This document shows, piece after piece, positions 11,604 to 22,768 of a stretch of 33,303 bases of DNA. The DNA is from Octopus bimaculoides (Eukaryota). The notes beneath the pieces were generated by a model. That model saw only the letters and a list, made by a program, of their open reading frames with translations. It had not been told where the DNA came from and searched no databases. The DNA lies in contig NC_068992.1 in the NCBI RefSeq assembly GCF_001194135.2, positions 17,943,488 through 17,976,790 on the forward strand, written 5' to 3'. The position numbers and the translations under genes were made by a program. Positions within the stretch are counted from its first letter, which is position 1, and each line of letters opens with the position of its first letter.

Positions 11604-12246
11604 AGGGGCAACAAAAATAGAAATAGTCGTATTATTTACTCAGATAACTTCTAATTGGAAACAAAAATAGTTTTGGATTTACTTCTCAAGTTAACAATAA
11701 ACAAGGAAGAGAGACCAGAAATAAATCTTGTCTGATAATTTATCCAAATGTATCATAGCCGTGCCCAGAGAGAATGACATTTATTTAGAAATATTGATAG
11801 TATCGAGAAGATTGTCGTCATTCCTAATCTAGAATGAAATATAATTCGTAATTGCATCTATAATTTATCTATTTTTTGCTTCTTATTAAATATCTATAAA
11901 AATTTAACATATACACTAATCTACTTTTTAGTAAGTGAACGCACATATTTTATAACCAATTCCTCTACGAGTGTAAGAGGAGACGATTGTACAGCCGCAC
12001 AGCTTGTTAGGAATAATAGCCAAATCTCCGTTATAGCAAAATCTGCCTATAAAAAGAACAGAAAAAAAGGACACGTTGGGCAATGTAATCATACATACAA
12101 AAACAAAAAAAAAAAAGAAACAAAAAAAGGATTGTAATGCTAGAAAGTCTTTGATCATTTCATGATAAGATGCCTACACAATGAGGGTTAAAATAAAGGG
12201 AGACAACAATGAAAAATCTTGATTGATTCACCCCTATATTATGGTG

Positions 12247-12696
12247 TGGAGGCGCAATGGCCCAGTGGTTAGGGCAGCGGACTCGCGGTCATAGGATCGC
12301 GGTTTCGATTCCCAGACCGTGCGTTGTGAGTGTTTATTGACCGAAAACACCTGATGCTTCACGAGGCCCGGCAGGGGATGGTGGTGAACCCTGCTGTACT
12401 CTTCCACCACAACTTTCTCTCACTCTTACTTCCTGTTTCTGTTGTGCCTGTAATTCAAAGGGTTAGCCTTGTCACATTGTGTCACGCTGAATATCCCCGA
12501 GAANNNNNNNNNNGTGCCTGTAATTCAAAGGGTTAGCCTTGTCACATTGTGTCACGCTGAATATCCCCGAGAACTACGTTATGGGTACACGTGTATGTGG
12601 AGTGCTCAGCCACTTGCACGTTAATTTCACGAGCAGGCTGTTTTCGTTGACAGGATCAATTGGAACCTTCGACGTCGTAAGCGATGGAGTGCCGAC
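12247..12696 (+). mobile_element. Near full-length tRNA-derived SINE, working family D, with an 11-bp target-site duplication
   Basis: A box TGGCCCAGTGG at 12258-12268 and B box GGTTTCGATTCCC at 12301-12313. Perfect TSD ATATTATGGTG at 12236-12246 and 12697-12707. Contains a 60-bp duplication around a 10-N gap, probably an artefact. Confidence 0.92.
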
Positions 12697-13085
12697 ATAT
12701 TATGGTGCAGCTAATATTTAGAGTGCGCTGATGATGGGGAAGAATCAGATAGTCCATTAAATGTTAGGGAGTACCTCGTTGAGTCAGTGTAGGTTGTCAG
12801 CTGGTTGGGACCATTTACTTTCCGAGCGCTGGGAGACAACAGAACACTTGAAAGCTGAAACATATTACGAATTCTTATAACCTCAACAACATACAATTTT
12901 TGTTGGTAAGAATAAAATTGCTAAAATGGAAAGAGAATTTTGTAGATCCTCTTCGGTGCAAAGTTAGAATACCTGTCAAGGATAGAGGTGATAAGGATTT
13001 GAATACTACCGATGGCTCTCAGCTTTTTCTCCCCAGAAGGGTTTTTTCACCTTAATATTTACACACCACTATTATTAGCTTCGTA

Positions 13086-13290
13086 AAGGTGGCGTGCTGG
13101 CAGAATCGTTAGCACGCGGGGCATAATGCTTAGCAGCATTTCGTCCGTCACTACGTTCTAAGTTCAAATTTCGCCGAGCTCGATTTTTCCTTTTATCCTT
13201 TCGGGGTCGATAAATTAAATATCAGTGAAACACTGGTGTCGATGTAATAGACTAGTTCCGTCCCACCAAATTTTACGCCTTGTGCCTTTA
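13086..13290 (+). mobile_element. SINE family A
   Basis: AAGGTGGCGTGCTGGCAGAATCGTTAGCACGC...GTTCTAAGTTCAAATTTCGCCGAG...TTTTATCCTTTCGGGGTCGATAAATTAA...CCTTGTGCC. Confidence 0.88.
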
Positions 13291-13292
13291 AT

Positions 13293-13619
13293 GGGTGACC
13301 CTACTTCGGTCATGAATAACCATGGGATTGCACCTCCGAGGCGCAAGTCCGGACAAGATTGTTTTATGGAAAACCAGCAGTCATCCATGCATATTAGCCT
13401 CCCCTTTCCATGTCACCGATGTTATCCAAGGGAAAGGCAAAGGCCGATACAGCTTCGGACCAGTGACATCGCAACTTATTCCTACAGCTGAATGAACTGG
13501 AGCAACGAGAAATAAAGTGTCTTGCTGAAGAACACAACACGCAGCCTAGTCCGGGAATCGAACTCTCAACCTCACGATCGTAAGCTCGACACTCTAACCA
13601 CTGAGCCATGCGCCTTCAC
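13293..13619 (-). mobile_element. Full-length tRNA(Arg)-like SINE family B
   Basis: Reverse complement: GAAGGCGCATGGCTCAGTGGTTAGAG, anticodon-like loop TT-ACG-AT, GAGTTCGATTCCC, CORE-like block, and the same tail as 830-1121. Confidence 0.92.
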
Positions 13620-13989
13620 TTGCACCTTTAACAGAAAGAATTATTAGTAGTTTTATATGCACATCAAGATCCAATTCTTAAACAGAATACTACAATCCCT
13701 TAATTCATTGTTGATTATTTAGGGTGAAACTTCATTTCGAAATAGAAATTGAGGATATTTTTGGAACGGTAGATCACATGACAAGAAATGAGAGATTTTA
13801 CGAAGTAAAATGAAAGTTAAGAAATAGCTGAAGCTTAATTAGAACCTGCATTGCATGTTCACATTCTCGAGAACTTAGAACCTCTCTACGAAGCTAGTAT
13901 TGTATTTCAATTTAGTCATAATCTATAGTGCAATTTAAACTTAACAAAAACGGCAAAACCGATGGGAGTTGTTAGAACATATGATACAC

Positions 13990-14110
13990 TACCTCGCGGT
14001 ATTTGTTCCGGCCATCTTCTCAACGAATTCAAACCCGTGGCGGTCACCTTTGCTGCTTATCCTTTTGGGTTCAATAAATAAAGCACCAATGAAATACTGG
14101 GACCGACTCC
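13990..14110 (+). mobile_element. Decayed SINE family A fragment
   Basis: GAATTCAAACCCGTGGCGGTCACCTTTGCTGCTTATCCTTTTGGGTTCAATAAATAAAGCACCA resembles the family-A middle block. A second, weaker fragment lies near 14385-14450. Confidence 0.5.
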
Positions 14111-14495
14111 TCTTCTTTCAACTCAATTTCTCTTTCTCACACACTCTATCTTGAAGAACCAGGTGCGTTTAGACCTGGAGTGGGTTGAGCTCTACCAGGT
14201 TTTAGAAAACCTGTCCATAATAGGCCATATATTACGACGACATTCCGTCGGCCACTTCATGAGCTGAGGACTCTAACACCACAATTCAGTTATACGAACA
14301 GACAGCAAATAGATCAATAGGTCATTCATGAAAATGCATTGAACTATTTCTGTTCGATATCTGAGTATTAGATTTAAATACTGCAGAAGTGAAACTTTCT
14401 CCTTCATCCTTTCGACTGAGATAAAGTAACAATCAAATTCAGGGGTCAATTCTTCTGTTTCCCTCTTTCTGTTTCTGTCTATCTTTGACTTTCAG

Positions 14496-14526
14496 AAATG
14501 GTTTATAACTAATAATATAGTGTGAG
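14496..14526 (+). other. Candidate 31-nt non-coding internal exon
   Basis: About 45-nt polypyrimidine tract ending TTTCAG| at 14495, and GAG|GTGAGT with GT at 14527-14528. Stop codons in all three frames. Confidence 0.42.
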
Positions 14527-15070
14527 GTGAGTACAAAACACCTTTAAGGAAAGCAGGATGAAAACACCTCCTTAGGATTCCATAACAGAAATAATGCCTG
14601 TCAAGGAAGTCACCAAAAGTAGTTTGTCAACATTATGGCACAAAGAAGGAAACGTAACAAGCTTTTTAATTACATCTAAATAATATAAATGATTTTCTTT
14701 ATATAACCAGTATTTATTGAATTACTCATAAACTCTGTATTCCCATTACTGAATCAGCTGCTGTATAGGAACAGTTATCTCCAAAGTTTAATATATACTT
14801 GCGAATGAATGACTGTTTATTTTTGCTTGTTAATTACCTAAAAATGTTAGGAATTATGTGTTGTGTTAGTCTCAAGAGCTTGTGCTTTTGTTAGAAAAAA
14901 GCTAAATAATTTCTGTTCAAAATAAATAAATTTCTTTGTATGCTTAATTTTATATCGTTTGTTTTGAACATCATGAAACAAAACGCTTTACACTTTATTA
15001 ATGTGGTTTATATTACCCTATAGACTAAGCCGCCAGTTCGTGTATGGGCGTATTTAAATAAATTTCACAC

Positions 15071-15071
15071 T

Positions 15072-15135
<64 letters not shown>
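15071..15135. repeat. (CA)n microsatellite abutting gap 15136-15983
   Basis: Directly visible. Confidence 0.95.
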
Positions 15136-16425
15136 NNNNNNNNNNNNNNNNNNNNNNNNNNNNNNNNNNNNNNNNNNNNNNNNNNNNNNNNNNNNNNNNN
15201 NNNNNNNNNNNNNNNNNNNNNNNNNNNNNNNNNNNNNNNNNNNNNNNNNNNNNNNNNNNNNNNNNNNNNNNNNNNNNNNNNNNNNNNNNNNNNNNNNNNN
15301 NNNNNNNNNNNNNNNNNNNNNNNNNNNNNNNNNNNNNNNNNNNNNNNNNNNNNNNNNNNNNNNNNNNNNNNNNNNNNNNNNNNNNNNNNNNNNNNNNNNN
15401 NNNNNNNNNNNNNNNNNNNNNNNNNNNNNNNNNNNNNNNNNNNNNNNNNNNNNNNNNNNNNNNNNNNNNNNNNNNNNNNNNNNNNNNNNNNNNNNNNNNN
15501 NNNNNNNNNNNNNNNNNNNNNNNNNNNNNNNNNNNNNNNNNNNNNNNNNNNNNNNNNNNNNNNNNNNNNNNNNNNNNNNNNNNNNNNNNNNNNNNNNNNN
15601 NNNNNNNNNNNNNNNNNNNNNNNNNNNNNNNNNNNNNNNNNNNNNNNNNNNNNNNNNNNNNNNNNNNNNNNNNNNNNNNNNNNNNNNNNNNNNNNNNNNN
15701 NNNNNNNNNNNNNNNNNNNNNNNNNNNNNNNNNNNNNNNNNNNNNNNNNNNNNNNNNNNNNNNNNNNNNNNNNNNNNNNNNNNNNNNNNNNNNNNNNNNN
15801 NNNNNNNNNNNNNNNNNNNNNNNNNNNNNNNNNNNNNNNNNNNNNNNNNNNNNNNNNNNNNNNNNNNNNNNNNNNNNNNNNNNNNNNNNNNNNNNNNNNN
15901 NNNNNNNNNNNNNNNNNNNNNNNNNNNNNNNNNNNNNNNNNNNNNNNNNNNNNNNNNNNNNNNNNNNNNNNNNNNNNNNNNNNATATAAACAATATATGA
16001 GTATATGCATATATATGTACATGTATGTACATACCTTCATCTACATGTACATATAGATACATAACTGGGTACATGACGTGGCAAAAGAACATGGACAAAA
16101 TGATAAACAAGGTACAACAAACAAGCAAGCCACATAGAAACATCTCCTTCATCAGCTGCCACCATTAAAACACCGGCGACATACATATATGTGTGTAAGT
16201 ATATATATGAGGTTATTAGTGTTAGGAATATGTCTATTGAATATACACGAAAACAAAGAATTTTTCAGTCGCTTATGTAGTATAGCCAAAACGAAAAGAA
16301 CAAAGCAAAACAAATAAACAAAAGTAACGACCAAAGAATGAAGGCTGTGCACACCACAAACCTAAACTCAGGTGACTTTAAAGCTAATTTACAATGGTGG
16401 GGAGAAAAATATTGCATTTACTTAC

Positions 16426-16452
16426 AGAAAATCACCAGAAGTGAGTGCTTTT
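16426..16452 (-). other. Candidate 27-nt microexon
   Basis: Minus strand: TCTCTTTGCATCAATTTCTTTCAG|AAAAGCACTCACTTCTGGTGATTTTCT|GTAAGT. Length is divisible by 3 and two frames are open (KALTSGDF or KHSLLVIF). Confidence 0.3.
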
Positions 16453-16682
16453 CTGAAAGAAATTGATGCAAAGAGATTGATAATCTATGTATGAAGATGT
16501 TTTTCCCGAAGCATTTACGGCTTGCAACTTTAGCACGCCGTTACTGAAACTAATACGATGAACACGCTCTCTATGAATCAAATAACTGAATGAATTACAT
16601 GCGTTCCTTTGATACTGTCTTGTTATATTAACAAACACCTTTGGGTCATTTTAACGATATTTCCAGAGATATTTTTCATTAA

Positions 16683-16748
16683 ACTACTACTACTATTACT
16701 ACTGCTGCTGCTGCTGCTGCTACCACTACTACTGCTGCTGCTGCTGCT
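16683..16748. repeat. (CTA)n/(CTG)n trinucleotide mosaic
   Basis: Directly visible. Confidence 0.93.
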
Positions 16749-17774
16749 CTTTCCACCTCATTTTCCCCAGGCATATATATATATATATATATNNNNNNNN
16801 NNNNNNNNNNNNNNNNNNNNNNNNNNNNNNNNNNNNNNNNNNNNNNNNNNNNNNNNNNNNNNNNNNNNNNNNNNNNNNNNNNNNNNNNNNNNNNNNNNNN
16901 NNNNNNNNNNNNNNNNNNNNNNNNNNNNNNNNNNNNNNNNNNNNNNNNNNNNNNNNNNNNNNNNNNNNNNNNNNNNNNNNNNNNNNNNNNNNNNNNNNNN
17001 NNNNNNNNNNNNNNNNNNNNNNNNNNNNNNNNNNNNNNNNNNNNNNNNNNNNNNNNNNNNNNNNNNNNNNNNNNNNNNNNNNNNNNNNNNNNNNNNNNNN
17101 NNNNNNNNNNNNNNNNNNNNNNNNNNNNNNNNNNNNNNNNNNNNNNNNNNNNNNNNNNNNNNNNNNNNNNNNNNNNNNNNNNNNNNNNNNNNNNNNNNNN
17201 NNNNNNNNNNNNNNNNNNNNNNNNNNNNNNNNNNNNNNNNNNNNNNNNNNNNNNNNNNNTATATAATGTATAAAGACGAAGGCATGCCGTAATTGAATAT
17301 TGAAAGAAGAGATTAGAATTAAGAACTGAACCGTATAAATTTATTTACCGCAGTCACTGCAGATCCTAAATTAGAATCTAGGTTTATATAGAAAAGAATT
17401 TGCAACAATCTTTCTCTCTATCCGTTTTAAGGCGACTGGTGTTTTTGAAATAATCATACGTTGGTTAATTTTGAGAACTCTCTATGTGTTTAGATACAAA
17501 ATAGTATTTATTTGAGATTATCAACAGTGTTTGTTGTACATAACCATTCCTAAGACAGTCGAGAAGTAACATTATTTATTCATTTATATATTTATATATG
17601 TTTGTCAATTTATTTACCTTTAAGTACAGGTGAAACGATATAGGGCATCATATTGGATAATAAATAAATAAAGAAGGCTGAAGTGATAATTGATTTAGAT
17701 TTTGCTTGTAATTCGCTAGTCTAGAAAAGAAAATATTTCTTTTGGTGCTTATTATTATCATTTTTATTATTATT

Positions 17775-17988
17775 AAAGTGGTGAGCTGACAGTATAGTAG
17801 CACGCCGGGCGAAATTCTTAGCGGTATTTTCGTCTGTCTTTATGCACTGAGTTCAAATTCCATCGCGGTCGACTTTGCCTTTCATCCTTTCAGGTTGATA
17901 AATTAAGTACTAGTTACGTACTGGGGTCGATCTAATCGACTGGCCTCCTCCTCAAACATGTCGGGCCTTGTGCTTAGTGTAGAAAAGG
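17775..17988 (+). mobile_element. SINE family A, full length, between (ATT)n tracts
   Basis: AAAGTGGTGAGCTGACAG...GCACGCCGGGCGAAATTCTTAGCGG...GGTCGACTTTGCCTTTCATCCTTT...CGGGCCTTGTGCTTAGTGTAGAAAAGG, then (TTA)n. Preceded by TTATTATTATT. Confidence 0.9.
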
Positions 17989-18003
17989 TTATTATTATTA
18001 TTA

Positions 18004-18035
<32 letters not shown>

Positions 18036-18585
18036 GAGTGAGAGAGCAGTGCATGCCATCAAAGTGACACTGGGGTAAAATATACGAAGCCCATTATACC
18101 CATCATGATTACCCGTCTGATAAGGGTACACCAGGCACATGCATCACAACCATATGTGCGCGACATGGTGATCTCATATCAACTTAAACAGCGCATGACC
18201 TCGCAGGTGGGGGCCCAGTTAGAATTTTCTTCAGGTCGAGTAACCCATTCCGCTCAAAAGGTCCCTGAATAAGGGTTATTTAAGAATGTTGAGCAAAACA
18301 CCCATGTTTCCAAAGGTGAATTATCCAAACCCCTAAGAATTCCTCTCAACACATGGCTATGATGCTCCCCCACTACTTCTACTCGTGATCAGAGATGCAC
18401 ATATCATCAGCCACCAAGGGACATGCTCAACTGGTTAAGGTCAAACAATTGACAAGCAAATCTGTGGTATTAAGCAGAATATTTGCTGTAGCCCATCTTT
18501 TTTATACCAACACAAAACAATGTACGTGATAACACTTCCAATCAATTAAGATCAGAAGCCATGAGAGTCACTGCCTGGTACTGCA

Positions 18586-18586
<1 letters not shown>
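18036..18586. mobile_element. ~550-bp non-coding interspersed element flanked on both sides by (ATT)n
   Basis: Complex sequence with sharp boundaries at (TTA)n 17989-18035 and (ATT)22 18587-18652. No meaningful ORF, TIR or tRNA head seen. I recall it as an abundant octopus repeat, unverified. Confidence 0.62.
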
Positions 18587-18652
<66 letters not shown>

Positions 18653-19885
18653 GTCTTTGCACAGCTTCTAACGCTGGAGATGTGCTACGGTGTCAGCTAC
18701 TTACTACCAATGAACTAAGGTAACGCCCCTTACTTTTCGAGCACCTTCTGTAGTATTCGATCGGTTCCAAGCAGTGTTGTTGTCTGCAAGTGCTCCACCC
18801 TCATTGCAGCCCATATATGTTCCATGTACTTCTCGAGATTTTTACTCACTGTTCCCAGGGCTCCGACAATTATTGGTCTTACTACCACCTTTTTCATCGA
18901 CCACAACTGCTTAACTTCCCAAGCTAACCTGTCATATCTATCGACTTTTCTTTCTTCCTTATTGCATACCTTGTTGTCAGCTGGCCATGCTATATCTATG
19001 ATCCAGTATACTTTGCTTTCCTTCTCAATTAACACGATGTCATGTCTGCCTTCCTATTCTCTATCTCATGATAGCACTGAATCATAAAATCCCACAGGAT
19101 CTTTGCATTATCATTATCGATGATGCGTTCGGGGTTTTGGTCATATCACTCTTTTGCCCAGTGAAGTCCATACTTGCTGCAAGGTATCCAAAGGACAAAC
19201 CTTACTATATTGTCGTGGCGTCTCTTATATTCCTTCTGAGCTAGTGGCGTACATTGGCTGGTAATATGCCATACGGTTTCACCATTTTGTCCACAAATTC
19301 TGCATTGATCACTTTCTCATGTGTTGTCTATTCTGTATTTTATGTAATCGTTTCTTAGTGCTTGATCTTTGGCATCACAGATTAGAGCCTCCGTTTCCGG
19401 TTTTAAATCACTTTTAATCATCCACAGCTATCTTTTTTCTCTGTCTGTTCAACATCCTTATGAAATTGTTCATGTATTCTTTTTCATTCGTTTTCAATTG
19501 CTTGTACAGTGCTTTATCTTTGCAATCTATCCTACACAAGCCTGACCTTCTTACTTGTAATAATAGCGGTTCTGTAGCATTTTTTACATACCATGCTATG
19601 TTGTTTTCATCTGCTCTAATACTCCAATCAGTCCTCTTCCCCCTCTTTTTCTTAGTACGTACAGACTGTCTGTGTCACTTTTTGGGTGGAGTGTTCCATA
19701 TCTAGTTAGCAACTTCCTTGTTTTTCTGTTTAGGCTGTTTAGTTCATCTACTGTCCATGCTATTACCCCCTGCTCCATATCTAAGGAGTGAAACCGCGCA
19801 GGTGTTGATACCTTCGATCTTATTCCGTCCTTAAATTTTTCTGTTATTTCTTTCTCCATCAATGTTGATGTTTCTTTCGTGTTCA
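18653..19885 (-). mobile_element. 5'-truncated decayed R4/Dong-clade non-LTR retrotransposon (RT C-terminus, CCHC, restriction-like endonuclease)
   Basis: Manual translation across frameshifts: GRNKIEGINTCAVSLLRYGAG-VIAWTVDELNSLNRKTRKLLT...LHPKSDTDSLYVLRKRGGRGL; CRICGQNGETVWHITSQC (19251-19304); YKRRHDN; ILWDF; KAD-IVLIEK...IIDIAWPAD...KVDRYDRL...PIIVGALGTV; stop at 18730. A 77-bp 3' UTR is followed by (AAT)n, and (AAT)3 lies at the 5' junction. Confidence 0.93.
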
Positions 19886-20729
19886 TAATTATTATTGGTG
19901 TGCAAGCGAGAGACCGAGAAGAGACAGCAATGTGCATATATNNNNNNNNNNNNNNNNNNNNNNNNNNNNNNNNNNNNNNNNNNNNNNNNNNNNNNNNNNN
20001 NNNNNNNNNNNNNNNNNNNNNNNNNNNNNNNNNNNNNNNNNNNNNNNNNNNNNNNNNNNNNNNNNNNNNNNNNNNNNNNNNNNNNNNNNNNNNNNNNNNA
20101 ACAAACTTTGGTTTTAGAGCAAACAACAAATTCAAGGTCATCGAACTAAATTATCACATCTCGAACATTTAATCACATATAAAAGAAACATAATGCTTTT
20201 TCTATACATAGAATACGGATGTACAAAATCACAGAAGATGAAACATTACTTCATTTAGACAGACATATAGAAAAAAGTGAGTACAGTCTATCGCGTATAA
20301 AAAAATATTTTTAAAAATTAATAAATTAATACAACAGTGTCTAGAATTTTTTTTAAACATTATAAGACCTAAAATAGGATAATAAATATATAAAAATATA
20401 AATATATATTATAAATATAAAATTACGTATGTAAGTACATAAGATATAGAATATAGATGAAAGTTCATCGAAAAGCCGGTGTCCAAGCAAAAAAGACAAA
20501 AAAATAAAACATATTTACAGTCCCTATGGCCATATCAGGGGTTCATTAACGTAGTCAATGCACGAGGGTGCATTACGGTAATGACTCCTTCGTCAGGGGA
20601 AAATAGTAACACTACATACCGATACAAGATTTTTTCTACACCAGTGGGTGAAGTCTTGTGTTGGGATAAAAACACAAAATCCAAGCTAATCAAGGGAAAA
20701 GAAATTAGTAGAGCAAAAGTATCCAGCAT

Positions 20730-21270
20730 TTAGTTAGTGGCTAAATACTCCAACAATTTACCAACGTTCGAGGTATTTTGTTCTCTCTACTAACAAGCAC
20801 AATGCTGGAAATTCTTGGGAAGGGGGCCTTATCGGTTACATTGAACCCCAGTGCTCAACGGGTACCTATTTTATCGACTCCGAAGGATGAACGGCAAAGT
20901 AGATCTAGGCAAAAGTAGAACTCAGGACGTAAAGCCGGATAAAATGCCTTTAATCATTTTGTCGGCGTGGTAACGATTCTGCCAGTTCGCCACCTTAATT
21001 TTTGAGGTAATTGAGCGAAATCTGAAACTGTTAGTGTCATGTTTACTACGTTTTATATTTGTACAACAACAATAGACTTTCCACTCAGCAGGAATTATAC
21101 CTTGAATAATTGATTGGCGGAATAGTAAACATAATAATGTGTGGACAGTGAACTGCAGCAAAATAGAATAAAGTCTGAATGCTATCGGCCCAGTAAACTT
21201 GGAGCAGTCAAGCAAGCGGAAAATTCCTTCAATATCCTGAACGGAAAAGAAAATATCCGACAAAAGTTAT
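20730..21270 (-). mobile_element. Decayed CR1/L2/Jockey-type reverse transcriptase remnant, interrupted by a SINE
   Basis: DIFFSVQDIEGIFRLLDCSKFTGP...LLCLLFRQSIIQGIIPAEWKV...SKHDTNSFRFRSITS, resuming after the SINE as NVGKLLEYL. This matches the typical RT-upstream pattern SKS.GPD...PL..LF..S...G..P..WK....NYRPISLTS..GKLLE. Confidence 0.72.
20776..21000 (-). mobile_element. SINE family A inserted into the RT remnant
   Basis: Reverse complement AAGGTGGCGAACTGGCAGAATCGTTACCACGCC...GTCGATAAAATAGGTACC...TTGTGC. Near-perfect 9-bp TSD TTCGAGGTA (20767-20775) / TTTGAGGTA (21001-21009). Confidence 0.85.
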
Positions 21271-21997
21271 CAATACGATTTGAGAATCTAGGGAATGTTG
21301 AAGATCCGGTGGAGCTTTTAGAAGTAATTATTGTATATATTAACCTTCGTATGTGGACATGTAGGGGTAATGTTTTTATAGCTAATAGGGAGAATACGAA
21401 CGGAATCTTTTTCACTAAGGCCCACAGATTTCGCTAACTTGTGTCAATTTTTAGAGCTCATTTAATTCTGCTGATCATGTCGTACTGGCAACAAGAAAAG
21501 AGTAAATTTATTGAATCCTTTGCAACCACGATGTCGTTTTCTAGCTTTGGCAAAAGCAAAATAGAAACTATTCAATTTGTCAGATACATATTGTTTCTAA
21601 GTTCTAGCCTTGTCAGTTTATAATTTAGCAAAAGAATTATTTGTAGGTAAGCGGTTACTAGACTGTTTTCGTGGGAATGACATCAGAGCATATGAAAATA
21701 AATTGTTTTGAAACTATGCCAATTAAGTTTGCAAATTTTCCTAAGAAAGAATTAAATTCCAATCAATACAGAAGAAAGACTCATTTAGAGCAATCCAATA
21801 ATTGACTATTAGAAGTTTTGTGTCAGAGAACAAGAAATCAGTCATCGACTTGCATGCGTAGCAAATGAACTAAAGATAGGTACAGTGTGTTCAGAGGTGT
21901 CTGGTGAATATTTGCGTGGAATAAGGTCAAGTTAAATATGAAAATAGATTGAGGTTTGATGTTATATTGCCAATAATTGTTGTTGGTAAAGTTGTGA

Positions 21998-22229
21998 TTT
22001 ATCTTTTATTTTTGAATTGTCTAAGACATTGGAGTGTGGCCATGATGTGGCACCGCCTTCAAAATTTTAATCGAACAAATCGACGCTTAGTGCTTCTTTT
22101 AAGTCTCGTATATATTCTATCGGTCAGTCATCCGAATCGCTAAGTCACGGGGAAGTAAACATACCGGTTGTGAAGTTGCTAAACACACATATAAAGAGAC
22201 ACATATAGACATATACACAGACAGACGGA

Positions 22230-22280
<51 letters not shown>

Positions 22281-22450
22281 ACACACATAGATATATATAT
22301 AATGAGCTTCTCACGGTTTCCGTCTGCTACATTCACTCACAAGGAATTCGTTCTCATGGATTTATAGTAGTAGACACTTGATCAATGTTCCGTGCAATGA
22401 GAGTGAACCCGAAATCACGTGGTTATAAGGTGAACTATTTAACCACGTGC
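21998..22450 (-). mobile_element. SINE family C, near full length, with internal (TA)/(TG)n
   Basis: Reverse complement: ...AACCACGTGATTTCGGGTTCA...CAAGTGTCTACTACTATA...GACGGAAACCG, microsatellite, CCCCGTGACTTAGCGATTCGG...GTCGATTTGTTCGATTAAAA...GAAGGCGGTGCC. Confidence 0.83.
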
Positions 22451-22768
22451 TTCTATTAGATCGATATCTTATAGACACATTATTTAAGAAATAGTTCCAG
22501 ATGAATAGAATAAAGTTCGAACGAATCAACCGCATAAATCTCGTGCATGTTCTATCGGTGTCTTTGCTCTGAGTTCTAAGTTACGGAGACGTGAATATAC
22601 CTACACTAGTTATCAATCAATGGTAGGGACAAATACAGACACACACACGCACATACACACGCACACGCACGCACATAAATACATTCATCCATTCATATAC
22701 ACAAATATATATACATATATACACATACATATATATACATATATATACATATATATATATATATATAT

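Noticed and set aside
12248-12320. tRNA-like sequences, also at 830, 13545-13619 and 30486
   Set aside because: They have A/B boxes but continue into SINE bodies and lack a paired acceptor stem, so they are SINE heads, not tRNA genes.
12444-12573. Exact 60-bp direct repeat (12444-12503 and 12514-12573)
   Set aside because: It flanks a 10-N gap inside one SINE, the signature of an unmerged contig overlap rather than a biological duplication.
18380-18425. Possible hammerhead core (minus-strand CTGATGA) in the 550-bp element
   Set aside because: No correctly placed GAAA or paired stems II/III could be found by eye.
18824-19705. Plus-strand ORFs 18824-19087 and 19460-19705
   Set aside because: They are antisense shadows of the minus-strand LINE ORF.
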